A model generated the notes under the pieces. It worked only from the letters and a program-made list of their open reading frames with translations, did not search any database and was not told the DNA's origin. From the IMG/VR virus record IMGVR_UViG_2929541355_000001, positions 28,287 to 92,286 of that record: a DNA stretch of 64,000 bases, one strand, 5' to 3'. The stretch is from a virus (lineage: Duplodnaviria > Caudoviricetes). Both the position numbers and the translations under genes were made by a program. This document shows, in pieces, positions 45,723 to 54,144 of this stretch (its first letter is position 1; each line of letters opens with the position of its first letter).

Positions 45723-46801
45723 CGCCCAAGACGTACAGCGCCCCGTCGGTACGGCAACTCGCCGCGGTGGTGGACGGGATGGCCGGGTCGGTGTCGGAGG
45801 GCCGACTGCGGCAGCTGCGGATGGTCGTCGACATGTTCGGACGCGCGGTCGGCCGGGACGAGATGCCGAAACGGTCCTCCCGTACGGCAGAGCAGCTGTT
45901 CACGTGGGCGGCGCTGCGCCCGTTCTGGGCGTTGGCGGCGGCGGGTGAGTTGCGGCACTGGGAGAAGGACGTCGGGAAGCCGTTGCCGGTGACGACGCTG
46001 CGGGTGGTGCGGAACTGCCTGGAGATCCTGGCCGACCGGGTGCTGCCCGTGGGCCGGCGGGTGCGGTTGCCGGAGCTGGACGTCCCGGAGCTGAAGCCGA
46101 CGGTCGACGGTCGTGCGTTGGACTCGCTGTACCGGGGGATGGTGGACCTGGCTGCGCAGGGTCCGTTGGTGCGGGATGGGACGGTGTTGTCGCCGGAGGA
46201 TCGGGCCCGGGTGCTGGCCATGGTTGCGGTGCTGCTGGACGCGGGGCCGAGGTCGGGGGAGATGGCTGCGCAGTCGTTGGCGGATCTGGCGCCGGGCGAG
46301 AGGGCGGTGGGGGTGCGGCGGCGGTCGCAGCGTCAGGACGGGTACCGGGCGGGTGAGGTCGCGGCGTTGACGGGCCTGCATCCGCGGACGGTGGAGTCGG
46401 TTCTGTCCGGGCTGGGGCATGGGGTTTCGGTGGCGACGGAGGCCCGGGTGCTGGAGGCGTTCGCGTCGTTGGAGCCGGTGCCGGAGGTGGAGTGGTTCGA
46501 GTTGCGGGAGGGGTCGCGGGTGGCGGTGCAACGGTGGTTGGAGGTGCGGGAGCGGCTCGTGGACCAGGTGCCGCTGACAGGACAGAAGACTGCGTTGTGG
46601 GTGTCGTTGGTGCCGTCGAAGGCGGGGCCGGCGGGGTTGCCGCTGCGGGCTCAGGGGTTGCGGCAGGGGTATGCGCGAGGGGTGCGGGCGTTGAACTGGG
46701 TGATGGCGGCCGAGTATGGGTGGGAGCCGTTGCCGACGACGATGGAGCAGATCCGCCGGTCGGTGGACGTGGTCCCGCTGGAGGGGCCGCCGACCGGCTG
46801 A
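45719..46801 (+). CDS. Tyrosine recombinase-like protein lacking C-terminal catalytic Tyr, with inserted HTH
   Basis: GTGA coupling; LLDAGPRSGEM..L.DL; EVAALTGLHPRTVESVLSG insert; ends EQIRRSV... Confidence 0.7.
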   Translation: MTPKTYSAPSVRQLAAVVDGMAGSVSEGRLRQLRMVVDMFGRAVGRDEMPKRSSRTAEQLFTWAALRPFWALAAAGELRHWEKDVGKPLPVTTLRVVRNCLEILADRVLPVGRRVRLPELDVPELKPTVDGRALDSLYRGMVDLAAQGPLVRDGTVLSPEDRARVLAMVAVLLDAGPRSGEMAAQSLADLAPGERAVGVRRRSQRQDGYRAGEVAALTGLHPRTVESVLSGLGHGVSVATEARVLEAFASLEPVPEVEWFELREGSRVAVQRWLEVRERLVDQVPLTGQKTALWVSLVPSKAGPAGLPLRAQGLRQGYARGVRALNWVMAAEYGWEPLPTTMEQIRRSVDVVPLEGPPTG

Positions 46802-46936
46802 TGCCGACGGGCGGTCAGGGCGGGTTGACCGTACGGTCGGTGTGGGTGCCCTGACAGGACGGTACTCGTGTGGCCCCGCGGGTCCTTCGCACGTTCCGCG
46901 GGGTCACCTGCTGCATCACGGCCGCAGGTTGGCCAG

Positions 46937-47116
46937 TCAGGCGGGGTCGAGTCCGCAGGCGAGGATGTTGCGCCGTTGGCCGTCGTCGAAGGTGACGTCG
47001 ATTCCGTCGGCGTAGTCCTTGTTGACGTGGTTCACGGTCCCGAGGGTGCCGTCGGGTAGGTCGAGGTCTCCGGTACAGGATTGGACGCGGTCGCCTGTGG
47101 TGTAGGTGGTCGTCAC
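46937..47116 (-). CDS. Small SH3/KOW-like protein (59 aa)
   Basis: GGAG RBS; TGDRVQ...GTLGTV...DVTFDDG; not in ORF track. Confidence 0.6.
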   Translation of the reverse strand: MTTTYTTGDRVQSCTGDLDLPDGTLGTVNHVNKDYADGIDVTFDDGQRRNILACGLDPA

Positions 47117-47125
47117 GGTGGTCTC

Positions 47126-47332
47126 CTATGTGCCGGGGATGGCGTCTTGGTCGATGTCGCGTGCGGGGGCGGGTTGTGGCCGGCGGGTGGGGTCGCAGTC
47201 CGGGCCGTACCCGAGCGTGCGCGAGGTGGCGGCAGTCAACGGTCGCCCGCACTTCCGGCAGTACCGGGCCCGATATCCGCTGTCCGGGGCCCCGGTGAGG
47301 GCTTGTTGCTGGTTCCGTCCGTCTCGGTCCAT
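47126..47332 (-). CDS. DUF6011-like Zn protein
   Basis: CRKCGRPLT..SR..GYGPDC. Confidence 0.75.
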   Translation of the reverse strand: MDRDGRNQQQALTGAPDSGYRARYCRKCGRPLTAATSRTLGYGPDCDPTRRPQPAPARDIDQDAIPGT

Positions 47333-47377
47333 GTGGCCAGTGTCCTGGAAGTGGTGGCGGTGCCCGGGGGGTTCGAT

Positions 47378-47408
47378 CTACAATCACCGTTATCTGACGG
47401 GTACGCCC
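47378..47408 (+). repeat. Intergenic direct repeat CTACAATCACCGTTATCTG (second copy 59082-59112)
   Basis: 19 bp exact, 28/31 when extended. Confidence 0.8.
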
Positions 47409-47459
47409 GCAGGTAAGGCCACTACCCGGTTCGGGGAGTGGCCTTCGGTGTTCCTGAGG

Positions 47460-47729
47460 TCAGGCAGGGAGGTCGGCGATCTGCTGCAGCATTGCCAGCA
47501 GGTCGTCCCGTGTCAGCCAGCCGACGACGTCGTTCGCGATGGACGTTTCGCTGGTGACGTGCCCTGCGGTGTCGAGCACCGCGAGCTCGTACAGACCCTC
47601 TTCGGAGCCGTACCCGTCGTCGATGACCGACGCGCCGTAGCCGTTGGGGAACTTCAGGCGCAGGCAGTGGTCGGTGCGCATCATGGCCGATGCCACTGTC
47701 GGAGCGTTCTGCAGGATCAGGTCTTTCAT
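47460..47729 (-). CDS. Phage hypothetical protein
   Basis: FPNGYGASVI...GLYELAVL...DVVGWLT. Confidence 0.75.
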   Translation of the reverse strand: MKDLILQNAPTVASAMMRTDHCLRLKFPNGYGASVIDDGYGSEEGLYELAVLDTAGHVTSETSIANDVVGWLTRDDLLAMLQQIADLPA

Positions 47730-47758
47730 GATGCTCCCTTGGTTCGGCTGAGGGCAGG

Positions 47759-48157
47759 TTAGGCGGCGAGTGCGGTTGTGTCGCGCATGACGGCGGTGCG
47801 GGGGAAGTAGTCGCGGCCGAGTTCGCGGGCGATGACCTGTGCGGCGCTACGAACCACGATGACGGCCCCGGCGGGGGTTGTTGCCTCCGGTCGGTCGAGG
47901 ACGAACGCCATCCGGTGCAGCGTGTACGACACGATCCGGTGGAGGTAGAAGGAGCGGGCCTCACCCCGCAGGCGGCACATCGCGCGGACCTGGATGCGAC
48001 CGGACTTGGTGGTGCGGATGTCGTACGCCTCGATCGTGCGGATGGACTCGGTGCCGTCTTCGTCGAGGTAGGTGATGGTTACGGCCTGGGCGCGGTCGAT
48101 GCTGCGGTAGAGGTCGGCGAGGGTCTTGGTCGTGGTCTGCGCTGCCGTGTTCTTCAT
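47759..48157 (-). CDS. Stand-alone WYL-domain protein
   Basis: VTITY.D.DG.ES.RTIE.Y...A.C.LRGE.RSF.L.RI. Confidence 0.8.
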   Translation of the reverse strand: MKNTAAQTTTKTLADLYRSIDRAQAVTITYLDEDGTESIRTIEAYDIRTTKSGRIQVRAMCRLRGEARSFYLHRIVSYTLHRMAFVLDRPEATTPAGAVIVVRSAAQVIARELGRDYFPRTAVMRDTTALAA

Positions 48158-48199
48158 CCTGTGCCCCCGCTTGTTGGTGTGCCTTCAGCATGCCATGAA

Positions 48200-48232
48200 C
48201 CTATTGCACGTGCAAGATGAATGACGTAGTGT
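48200..48232 (+). promoter_or_regulatory. Promoter with palindromic operator TGCACGTGCA over -35
   Basis: TTGCAC-17-TAGTGT; CCTATTGCACGTGCA repeated at 60948-60962. Confidence 0.7.
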
Positions 48233-48296
48233 TCTTTCCACCGGGACAGCCCCGGAGCAAGACGCCACATCATCCGTATGGCACTTGCGAGACGAA

Positions 48297-48884
48297 ATGG
48301 AGGACACTGGCGTGGCCAACGCCCCCACGCGCCCGCCGAGCCGCCCCCGGTCCGAACGGCGCAAGCCGAAAGGACCCGTACACGTGGCCCGCAGCGCAGC
48401 CAAGCTCCACGCCGACCTCACCGCCGCCTCCCACAAGCTCCGCGAAGTCGGATCCGCCGACCTCGCGGAGGCCGTGGATGAGGCCCTCACCTCCCGCGGT
48501 CTCGGCGCCCTGCGCAACGCAGTCGAGGCCGGCAACAAGGACCCGAACCTGTCGATCAGCCTGTCCGTGACGGACCGGGACCGCATCAAGTCCGCCGCGG
48601 CAGCCGCCAAGGCATCCCTGCAGAAGGATGTCGCGGACGGGTTCGCCGCGTTCATCGCCGGGACGTTCATCCCGGAGCAGCCGGCCCGCGCCGCGTACGG
48701 GGCAGCTACGGCGAAGGTCAACTTGAACGTCCGCGCCCAGCCCGAGCTCACCGCAGCGGTCAAGCAGGCCGCCGAGGACCAGGCCGACGAGCTGGGCTGG
48801 ACACCGAAGCCGATGCACATCGCGGCCGCGTGGCTGCTGAAGAAGTACCCGGCCCCGAAGCCGTCGAAGGCCGTCAAGAAGTAG
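48297..48884 (+). CDS. Putative tandem ribbon-helix-helix regulator
   Basis: NLSISLSVTDRDRIKSAA and NLNVRAQPELTAAVKQAA strand-helix units. Confidence 0.55.
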   Translation: MEDTGVANAPTRPPSRPRSERRKPKGPVHVARSAAKLHADLTAASHKLREVGSADLAEAVDEALTSRGLGALRNAVEAGNKDPNLSISLSVTDRDRIKSAAAAAKASLQKDVADGFAAFIAGTFIPEQPARAAYGAATAKVNLNVRAQPELTAAVKQAAEDQADELGWTPKPMHIAAAWLLKKYPAPKPSKAVKK

Positions 48885-48969
48885 GCGGCCGGCGGGTGTG
48901 GGGCCTGGACCGCCGACAACCGGGCCCCGCACCGCCAGTACATCGTGACAACCCCATAGGAGAGACCTC

Positions 48970-50040
48970 GTGACTGCCGTCACCGAGGCCCCCGCCAGCG
49001 TCACGGCGGAGGGCCCCACCCCGCACACCCAAAACCAGGACGACGCCCTCTCTCAGAGGTCGGCTCGCCTGTCTCCGCCGCAGGTCAACTTCCTGCTTTC
49101 TGGCATCTCTGACAGCCGCATCGGGAAGGACGGCAAGGGCTTCGCCCACGTCGAGGCGTGGGACATTCGCCGCCACCTGATCCGCGTGTTCGGCTTCGGC
49201 GGATTCGACACCGACCTGATCGAAGCACGCCTCGTCTCTCAGATCGACATCCCGGCGGGCAACAAGACCCGCTACACCGTGGTGTACCAGGTGTCCGTGA
49301 AGCTGACGGTGAAGGTCGACGGGATCGAGCTGGGGCATTGGCATGGCACCGCAATTGGGGACGCCACGAACCAGCCCGGTCTCGCTGACGCTCACGACCT
49401 GGCGCTGAAGACTGCCGACTCGCAGGCCCTGAAGCGGGCCGCGGTCAACATGGGCGACCAGTTCGGTCTGAGCCTGTACAACGGCGGCTCGGCCTCCCCG
49501 GTGGTGAACCGGTCCCTTGCCTACATGAGGCCGGAGGAGACCCCGAAGCCGGTCGCAGACCCTCCCGTGAAGCCGGAGCCCGGCCCGTTCCGGAACGTTG
49601 AGGAACCTGCCCCCACCCCTGAGGTCGCGGCTACTGCCGCGACTGGTCGGGACTACCTGCAGGAGGCTCACGCGGCGGTCGACGCTGACACGGTACGAGC
49701 CATCTACCGGGCTGCGCAGAACGACGGAGCCATCGCCGAGTACCTCGCGCAGATCGCCCAGGTCGGAAAGGCGAAGGCGGCCCCCGCCGCGGCGCCCCTC
49801 AGCATGGACACCGTTGACCAGCTGATGGCTCAGGTGCAGCGGCACTGGGACGACTCGCTGGAGCTCACGAAGGACATGGCCGAGGCCACCCGCCGCAACG
49901 TGGCGCTGGTCGAGGTCGACGGCCCGCACGGCGGGATGGTCCAGTTCGGCGCGATGGTCACCGCCCGCATCGCCGAGTTGAAGGAGCAGGCCCGCCAGGC
50001 CGAGCTGAACGCCCACACCCCGGAGAGGAGCGTCGCGTGA
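48970..50040 (+). CDS. Rad52/Sak-family single-strand annealing protein
   Basis: HVEAWDIRRHLIRVFGFGGF...ALKTADSQALKRAA..GDQFGLSLY. Confidence 0.88.
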   Translation: MTAVTEAPASVTAEGPTPHTQNQDDALSQRSARLSPPQVNFLLSGISDSRIGKDGKGFAHVEAWDIRRHLIRVFGFGGFDTDLIEARLVSQIDIPAGNKTRYTVVYQVSVKLTVKVDGIELGHWHGTAIGDATNQPGLADAHDLALKTADSQALKRAAVNMGDQFGLSLYNGGSASPVVNRSLAYMRPEETPKPVADPPVKPEPGPFRNVEEPAPTPEVAATAATGRDYLQEAHAAVDADTVRAIYRAAQNDGAIAEYLAQIAQVGKAKAAPAAAPLSMDTVDQLMAQVQRHWDDSLELTKDMAEATRRNVALVEVDGPHGGMVQFGAMVTARIAELKEQARQAELNAHTPERSVA

Positions 50041-50456
50041 TCGCCAACCGTCCTGGTGGTACCCGCGCCCACATCTACGCGTCGACCACCGACACATTCG
50101 ACGGCGACATCGACTTCATCGCAGTCGAGCACGCCCTGAACGGCGACCCGGTGAAGCTCACGACAGACGAGAAGATCATGGCGGCCCGAATCCTCGACTC
50201 TCGGAGACTGCCTGTGCTGGAGATCGCAGGCCGAGTCGGTTCCGCTCAGGAGACAGTTGCCGCATGGAAGGTCAATGGGTGGAAGCCGGGGCCCGCTCGC
50301 TCGAAGGTGGCTGAGTGGACACCACCGACGTGCGGAGAGCCTCGCATGTACAGGCAGCACCTGCGTAACGGAGAGAAGCCGTGTGACGCATGTCGTGCCG
50401 CGAACGCAGCCGCTGACCGCAGGTACCGCCTGACGGGTAGTCGGTCTGCCACCTGA
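50037..50456 (+). CDS. HTH + C-terminal Zn-binding protein
   Basis: IAVEHALNG, EIAGRVG, CG...Y..H...GE.PC.AC. Confidence 0.7.
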   Translation: MIANRPGGTRAHIYASTTDTFDGDIDFIAVEHALNGDPVKLTTDEKIMAARILDSRRLPVLEIAGRVGSAQETVAAWKVNGWKPGPARSKVAEWTPPTCGEPRMYRQHLRNGEKPCDACRAANAAADRRYRLTGSRSAT

Positions 50457-50545
50457 ATCTGCGGCAGCCTTCACGCACCGCACCATCGGCCGGTCCCACT
50501 CGGGGCCGGCCGCAGTCTTCTCCACCCCCTGTTGGGAGGCCCGCC

Positions 50546-50764
50546 ATGGGCACCGTCGTACTGCTGTGCCTGGTCCCGAGCGCCGCGGCCGCCACCGCTG
50601 CCGCTCTGCGGTGCCGCCCCCGGCGCCTGCCCGAGGAGTACGTCCGGCACCGCCCGCATCTGCACCCCGCGGTCATGCTCGCCGAACTCGAAGTCCGCCA
50701 GTCGTACACCGGACTCGCCGAGCTGTACGACACCCCCACCCTGTCCGGGCCGCCCGCCCGGTGA
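50546..50764 (+). CDS. Small hypothetical protein
   Basis: GGGAGG RBS; N-terminal TM. Confidence 0.5.
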   Translation: MGTVVLLCLVPSAAAATAAALRCRPRRLPEEYVRHRPHLHPAVMLAELEVRQSYTGLAELYDTPTLSGPPAR

Positions 50765-50802
50765 CCACACCCATCCAGCAGGTTCGGCGCCCCAAGGAGG
50801 CG

Positions 50803-51111
50803 ATGACCGTGTACCCGATAGCCGTGACCGTGTTCGCCGCCCTGGCGGTGGCCGGCGGTGTGACGTGGTGGAGGCTGCGCCGCCTGCAGCACCTGATCCG
50901 GAAGGAGCGGGCGACGCGCCGGCTGACGGAGGGCGCCCATCACCGGGACATGGAGGCATTCCGCCGCCGCCTCCGTGCCGCGGCCGCCGAGCAGGAAGCG
51001 GGGGCCCGACTCCTGGACGAGTTGGCGCTCCTCACCGCAGCCGAACGCATCGTGACCGCGGAACTGGCCCGCACCACCCATCACAACCCGCAGGAGGGGG
51101 ACACACCATGA
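50803..51111 (+). CDS. Small membrane protein
   Basis: AAGGAGG RBS; TM + helix. Confidence 0.65.
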   Translation: MTVYPIAVTVFAALAVAGGVTWWRLRRLQHLIRKERATRRLTEGAHHRDMEAFRRRLRAAAAEQEAGARLLDELALLTAAERIVTAELARTTHHNPQEGDTP

Positions 51112-51959
51112 CGGACCCGAAGACGGCACGGCAGGACCTGGTCGACCACCGGCACTACAAGTACCGCGGCTGCGCCCCCGACCCCGACAGCCGGGGCATG
51201 GCGTCGGCGGGCGGTATGGCCGGGGTCCCGTTGGACGTGTGGGGCCCGTACACGGAGGACGGTGCCGAGGCGCAGAAGGCCCGCATCGACCGGGAGCGCC
51301 TCGCCAAGACCATCTGTGGGCGGTGCCCTGTCCTCGCCGCATGCCGTACATACGCGAACACCACCACGGTCGATGACGACGGCATCGAGCGCCTCGTCGA
51401 GCGGGAGGGGGTGATGGGCGGGGAACTGGCCCTGGCCCGCCACCACGCGTTCATCAAACGCCGGCACGCCGCCACCATCAGCACAGACACCGCCGAACCT
51501 GTTCCGGTACGCAACATCGACGACGCCCGCACCCCCCAGAAGCTCGCTGTCCTGCGGGCCCTCGCCGTAGAGCTGTACGACGAACGCGTCGCCCGTCGGG
51601 CAGGGATGGACGTGCGGACGTGCAACTGGCACCGCAGCGCCCTGTGCAACATCCTCGGCTTGGACAGGGAGACCGCGACCCGTGACGAGCTCCTCCTCGA
51701 GGCGGTCCGCCATGGGCTGCTCCCGACGGCGACGCGCATCGTGTGGGACGGGCTGTGGCCGGTCGCCGCAGCCCCCACGACGGACGGCGCCCGCCAACGC
51801 CGCATTGCCCCCGGCATCCCCGCCGCCCTCCTTGCCCCGCTCTCGCGGACGAGGCGGGTCGCCCGGCGCCCTGGCTTGTTGCGGCGCCTGTTCCACCCGC
51901 GCGCCTTGTTCCCTGCCGCGCTACTCACCCCTTCACCCGTGCTGGAGCCTGCCGCATGA
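51108..51959 (+). CDS. WhiB-family Fe-S regulator fused to LuxR-like HTH
   Basis: C...AKTICGRCPVLAAC..YA...GVMGG; TPQKLAVLRALA...VARRAGMDVRT..WH. Confidence 0.8.
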   Translation: MTDPKTARQDLVDHRHYKYRGCAPDPDSRGMASAGGMAGVPLDVWGPYTEDGAEAQKARIDRERLAKTICGRCPVLAACRTYANTTTVDDDGIERLVEREGVMGGELALARHHAFIKRRHAATISTDTAEPVPVRNIDDARTPQKLAVLRALAVELYDERVARRAGMDVRTCNWHRSALCNILGLDRETATRDELLLEAVRHGLLPTATRIVWDGLWPVAAAPTTDGARQRRIAPGIPAALLAPLSRTRRVARRPGLLRRLFHPRALFPAALLTPSPVLEPAA

Positions 51960-52396
51960 CCACTCACCACACCCCAGCCCCCGCCGCCAGCACGACGGGC
52001 CCGGACGGGACCGCGGTCGCCGACCAGGCCCTCGCCGACCGGTGCCAGACATCCGGCGACTACCTCGCCGGACTCCTCGCCAAGGGCATGCGCGACGCCG
52101 TCAGCCGCCCCAGCAAGCTCCCGGAGCTGATGTTCCCCGACGCGGACCCTGCACTGGTGCGGGCGGTGTGGGAGGCGGCGTTGGCCGTGGGGTACCGGGC
52201 GGGGAAGGAGGCCGCACGGCCGACGTGGACCCCGGACGCGCTGCACCGGCTCCGGGCCGAGCTGGACGCGGCCGGGTTCGCAGCGATGGGGCGTATGGCG
52301 GGTAGGTCGGCGTCGCTGCACCCGCCCCGGCACCCCGCCGACACCGAAGTGCCCGCCCAGCCGGGCCCGGCAGTCCGGGACGGTGGCCACCCGTGA
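51956..52396 (+). CDS. Hypothetical protein
   Basis: ATGA coupling. Confidence 0.65.
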   Translation: MTTHHTPAPAASTTGPDGTAVADQALADRCQTSGDYLAGLLAKGMRDAVSRPSKLPELMFPDADPALVRAVWEAALAVGYRAGKEAARPTWTPDALHRLRAELDAAGFAAMGRMAGRSASLHPPRHPADTEVPAQPGPAVRDGGHP

Positions 52397-52821
52397 CCAA
52401 CACCCCGCGCCGTGGCCGTGGCCGGCCGACCGTGTTCGACGAGCCTGTCCGCACCCAGTACCTGGACCTGATTCGGCACGGGGCCCGACTCGGGGACGCC
52501 GCCACCCAGCTCGGCATCAACCGGGTCGTGCCCGCCCGGTACAGCAAGACGGACCGCGAGTTCGCGGCCGCCCTCGCCGAGGCCCGGAAGCTGGGGGCGA
52601 AAGTGCGGCGGGAGGACCTCCCGCATGACGAGTACCGGTACAACATCCTCAAGTGCCGCTGCCCGAAGTGCACAAGGGCCGCCGCGCGGGGCCGTGCGGA
52701 TCGGCGGACCGCCGAAGACCCGCCGGGCGGCCAGGCCCCGGCGGACGTACACCCGATCCGGCTGGAGGGGCCGGGTGTTGGTGAGTCCCTTCCATCCTTT
52801 TTGCTGGCCAGGGCGTCTTGA
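52393..52821 (+). CDS. HTH protein with H...CRC..C Zn motif
   Basis: GRPT...GARLGDAATQLGI; PHDEYRY...CRCPKC. Confidence 0.7.
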   Translation: MTNTPRRGRGRPTVFDEPVRTQYLDLIRHGARLGDAATQLGINRVVPARYSKTDREFAAALAEARKLGAKVRREDLPHDEYRYNILKCRCPKCTRAAARGRADRRTAEDPPGGQAPADVHPIRLEGPGVGESLPSFLLARAS

Positions 52822-52840
52822 TCGGTACCCGACCAACCTT

Positions 52841-52878
52841 GCAAGATCACGTTATTAACGTCGCAAAAGTATAGGACA
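52841..52878 (-). repeat. 38-bp inverted repeat, right copy
   Basis: GCAAGATCACGTTATTAACGTCGCAAAAGTATAGGACA. Confidence 0.92.
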
Positions 52879-53260
52879 GAGGCGGTGCCCCGCACGGCTG
52901 TGCGATGAGCTGCCGATCTGATGACAAGTCGGATCAACGACACGATCAGCAAGGAGGAGGACAAGTGTCGGACTCAAGGAGTAGGCTCAGCCTTGCGCCA
53001 GACGACCACTCAGGTATCTGGGGCACAACAGCAAACAGAACGGCTCCGCTCCCCCGGCTGGTAACCGGGATCGACGCGGAGCCGGTGCCGGCGACAGTCC
53101 CAACAGACTTCACCGGCTGGCCAACACCCCCTAGAGAAGGTGTCGACATGCAGAAGAGTACCCGGGGATTGAACCCCGCAGACAGTAGGCCCGGCGTTTC
53201 CGGCGTGACTATCACACCGCCGATGCACGCGGGCCCTGTCACCACTACCCACCGCGTCGC

Positions 53261-53512
53261 GTGACCGCCCAGGGCGAGGACATCCTCGCCTACCTGGAGC
53301 GCGCTATCAGCAAGGCTGAGCAGTTCGGTCTCCTTCTCCGAACGAACGCCGACCGGAAACTCATCGCTCTGCACGGCGGCAACATGCACTCCTGCCCCGC
53401 CACAGACGACACCGGCTACCTCGACGAGTGGACCCAGTTCGGCTACGACGACGCGTGCCCCGTTATGCAGCTTCTCGCTGAGGGCTACGGCTGGACGGAG
53501 GGCGAGCGATGA
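53261..53512 (+). CDS. Phage hypothetical protein
   Basis: ADRKLIALH...CP...LLAEGYGW. Confidence 0.65.
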   Translation: MTAQGEDILAYLERAISKAEQFGLLLRTNADRKLIALHGGNMHSCPATDDTGYLDEWTQFGYDDACPVMQLLAEGYGWTEGER

Positions 53513-53883
53513 GCGACAAGCTAACGGCCGGCAGTGAAGGTGCGGCCAAGGCCGACGCCATCGTTTCGAGGTACATCCTCCGGAAGTTCCGTGAGGAAAC
53601 CAAGACCAACATGACCAGCCCCCTGCCGTCGTTCCGTGCCCAGGTGTCCGACAGCGCGGCGCACCTCGTCTCCTGCCCGGACCTCCACGTAGTCGACCAG
53701 GAAGCCGCAGACGGCTCCTACGGCTGCGAGACCGGCTGCGAGTACGCCCGACTGGAAGCCGACCTCGTGTGCTCGCACGGCATGCGCGAGGAGTACGAGT
53801 ACGGCGACTTCGGCGAGCTGGCCGACATGCTGCGGGAGATCTGCTCCGAGCAGCTCGCTCTTGAAGAAGGAGATCAAAGGTGA
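53509..53883 (+). CDS. Hypothetical protein
   Basis: ATGA coupling; GCETGC. Confidence 0.65.
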   Translation: MSDKLTAGSEGAAKADAIVSRYILRKFREETKTNMTSPLPSFRAQVSDSAAHLVSCPDLHVVDQEAADGSYGCETGCEYARLEADLVCSHGMREEYEYGDFGELADMLREICSEQLALEEGDQR

Positions 53884-54144
53884 CGTAGCGACCATCTGAG
53901 CGGGAGGTCCTGGGCCCCTTGGCGGGGGCACTTCCTCTACCGCTGGCCGCTGGTGTTGACGCACCGTGCGCGGCCACTTCCTACGGCTCGAAGTTGACGC
54001 TTCGAGCTAAGGCCCGACTCTCAGATCCGGTTTGACGACCGGAGCCGAGCAGGTCGAGCGACTAACAGGTTCACCACGAACCCCTACGAGAACCCCACCG
54101 GGGCTTTCGCGTATGCCCACTCCGAAGAAGAGGACGGGTACATA

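Noticed and set aside
41165-52878. 38-bp repeats as attL/attR or transposon ends
   Set aside because: They are inverted rather than direct, there is no transposase or evident target duplication, and the enclosed genes are core phage-type
52905-53264. 119-aa ORF after the right inverted repeat
   Set aside because: Weak codon bias and no recognisable motif; left uncalled, may be regulatory
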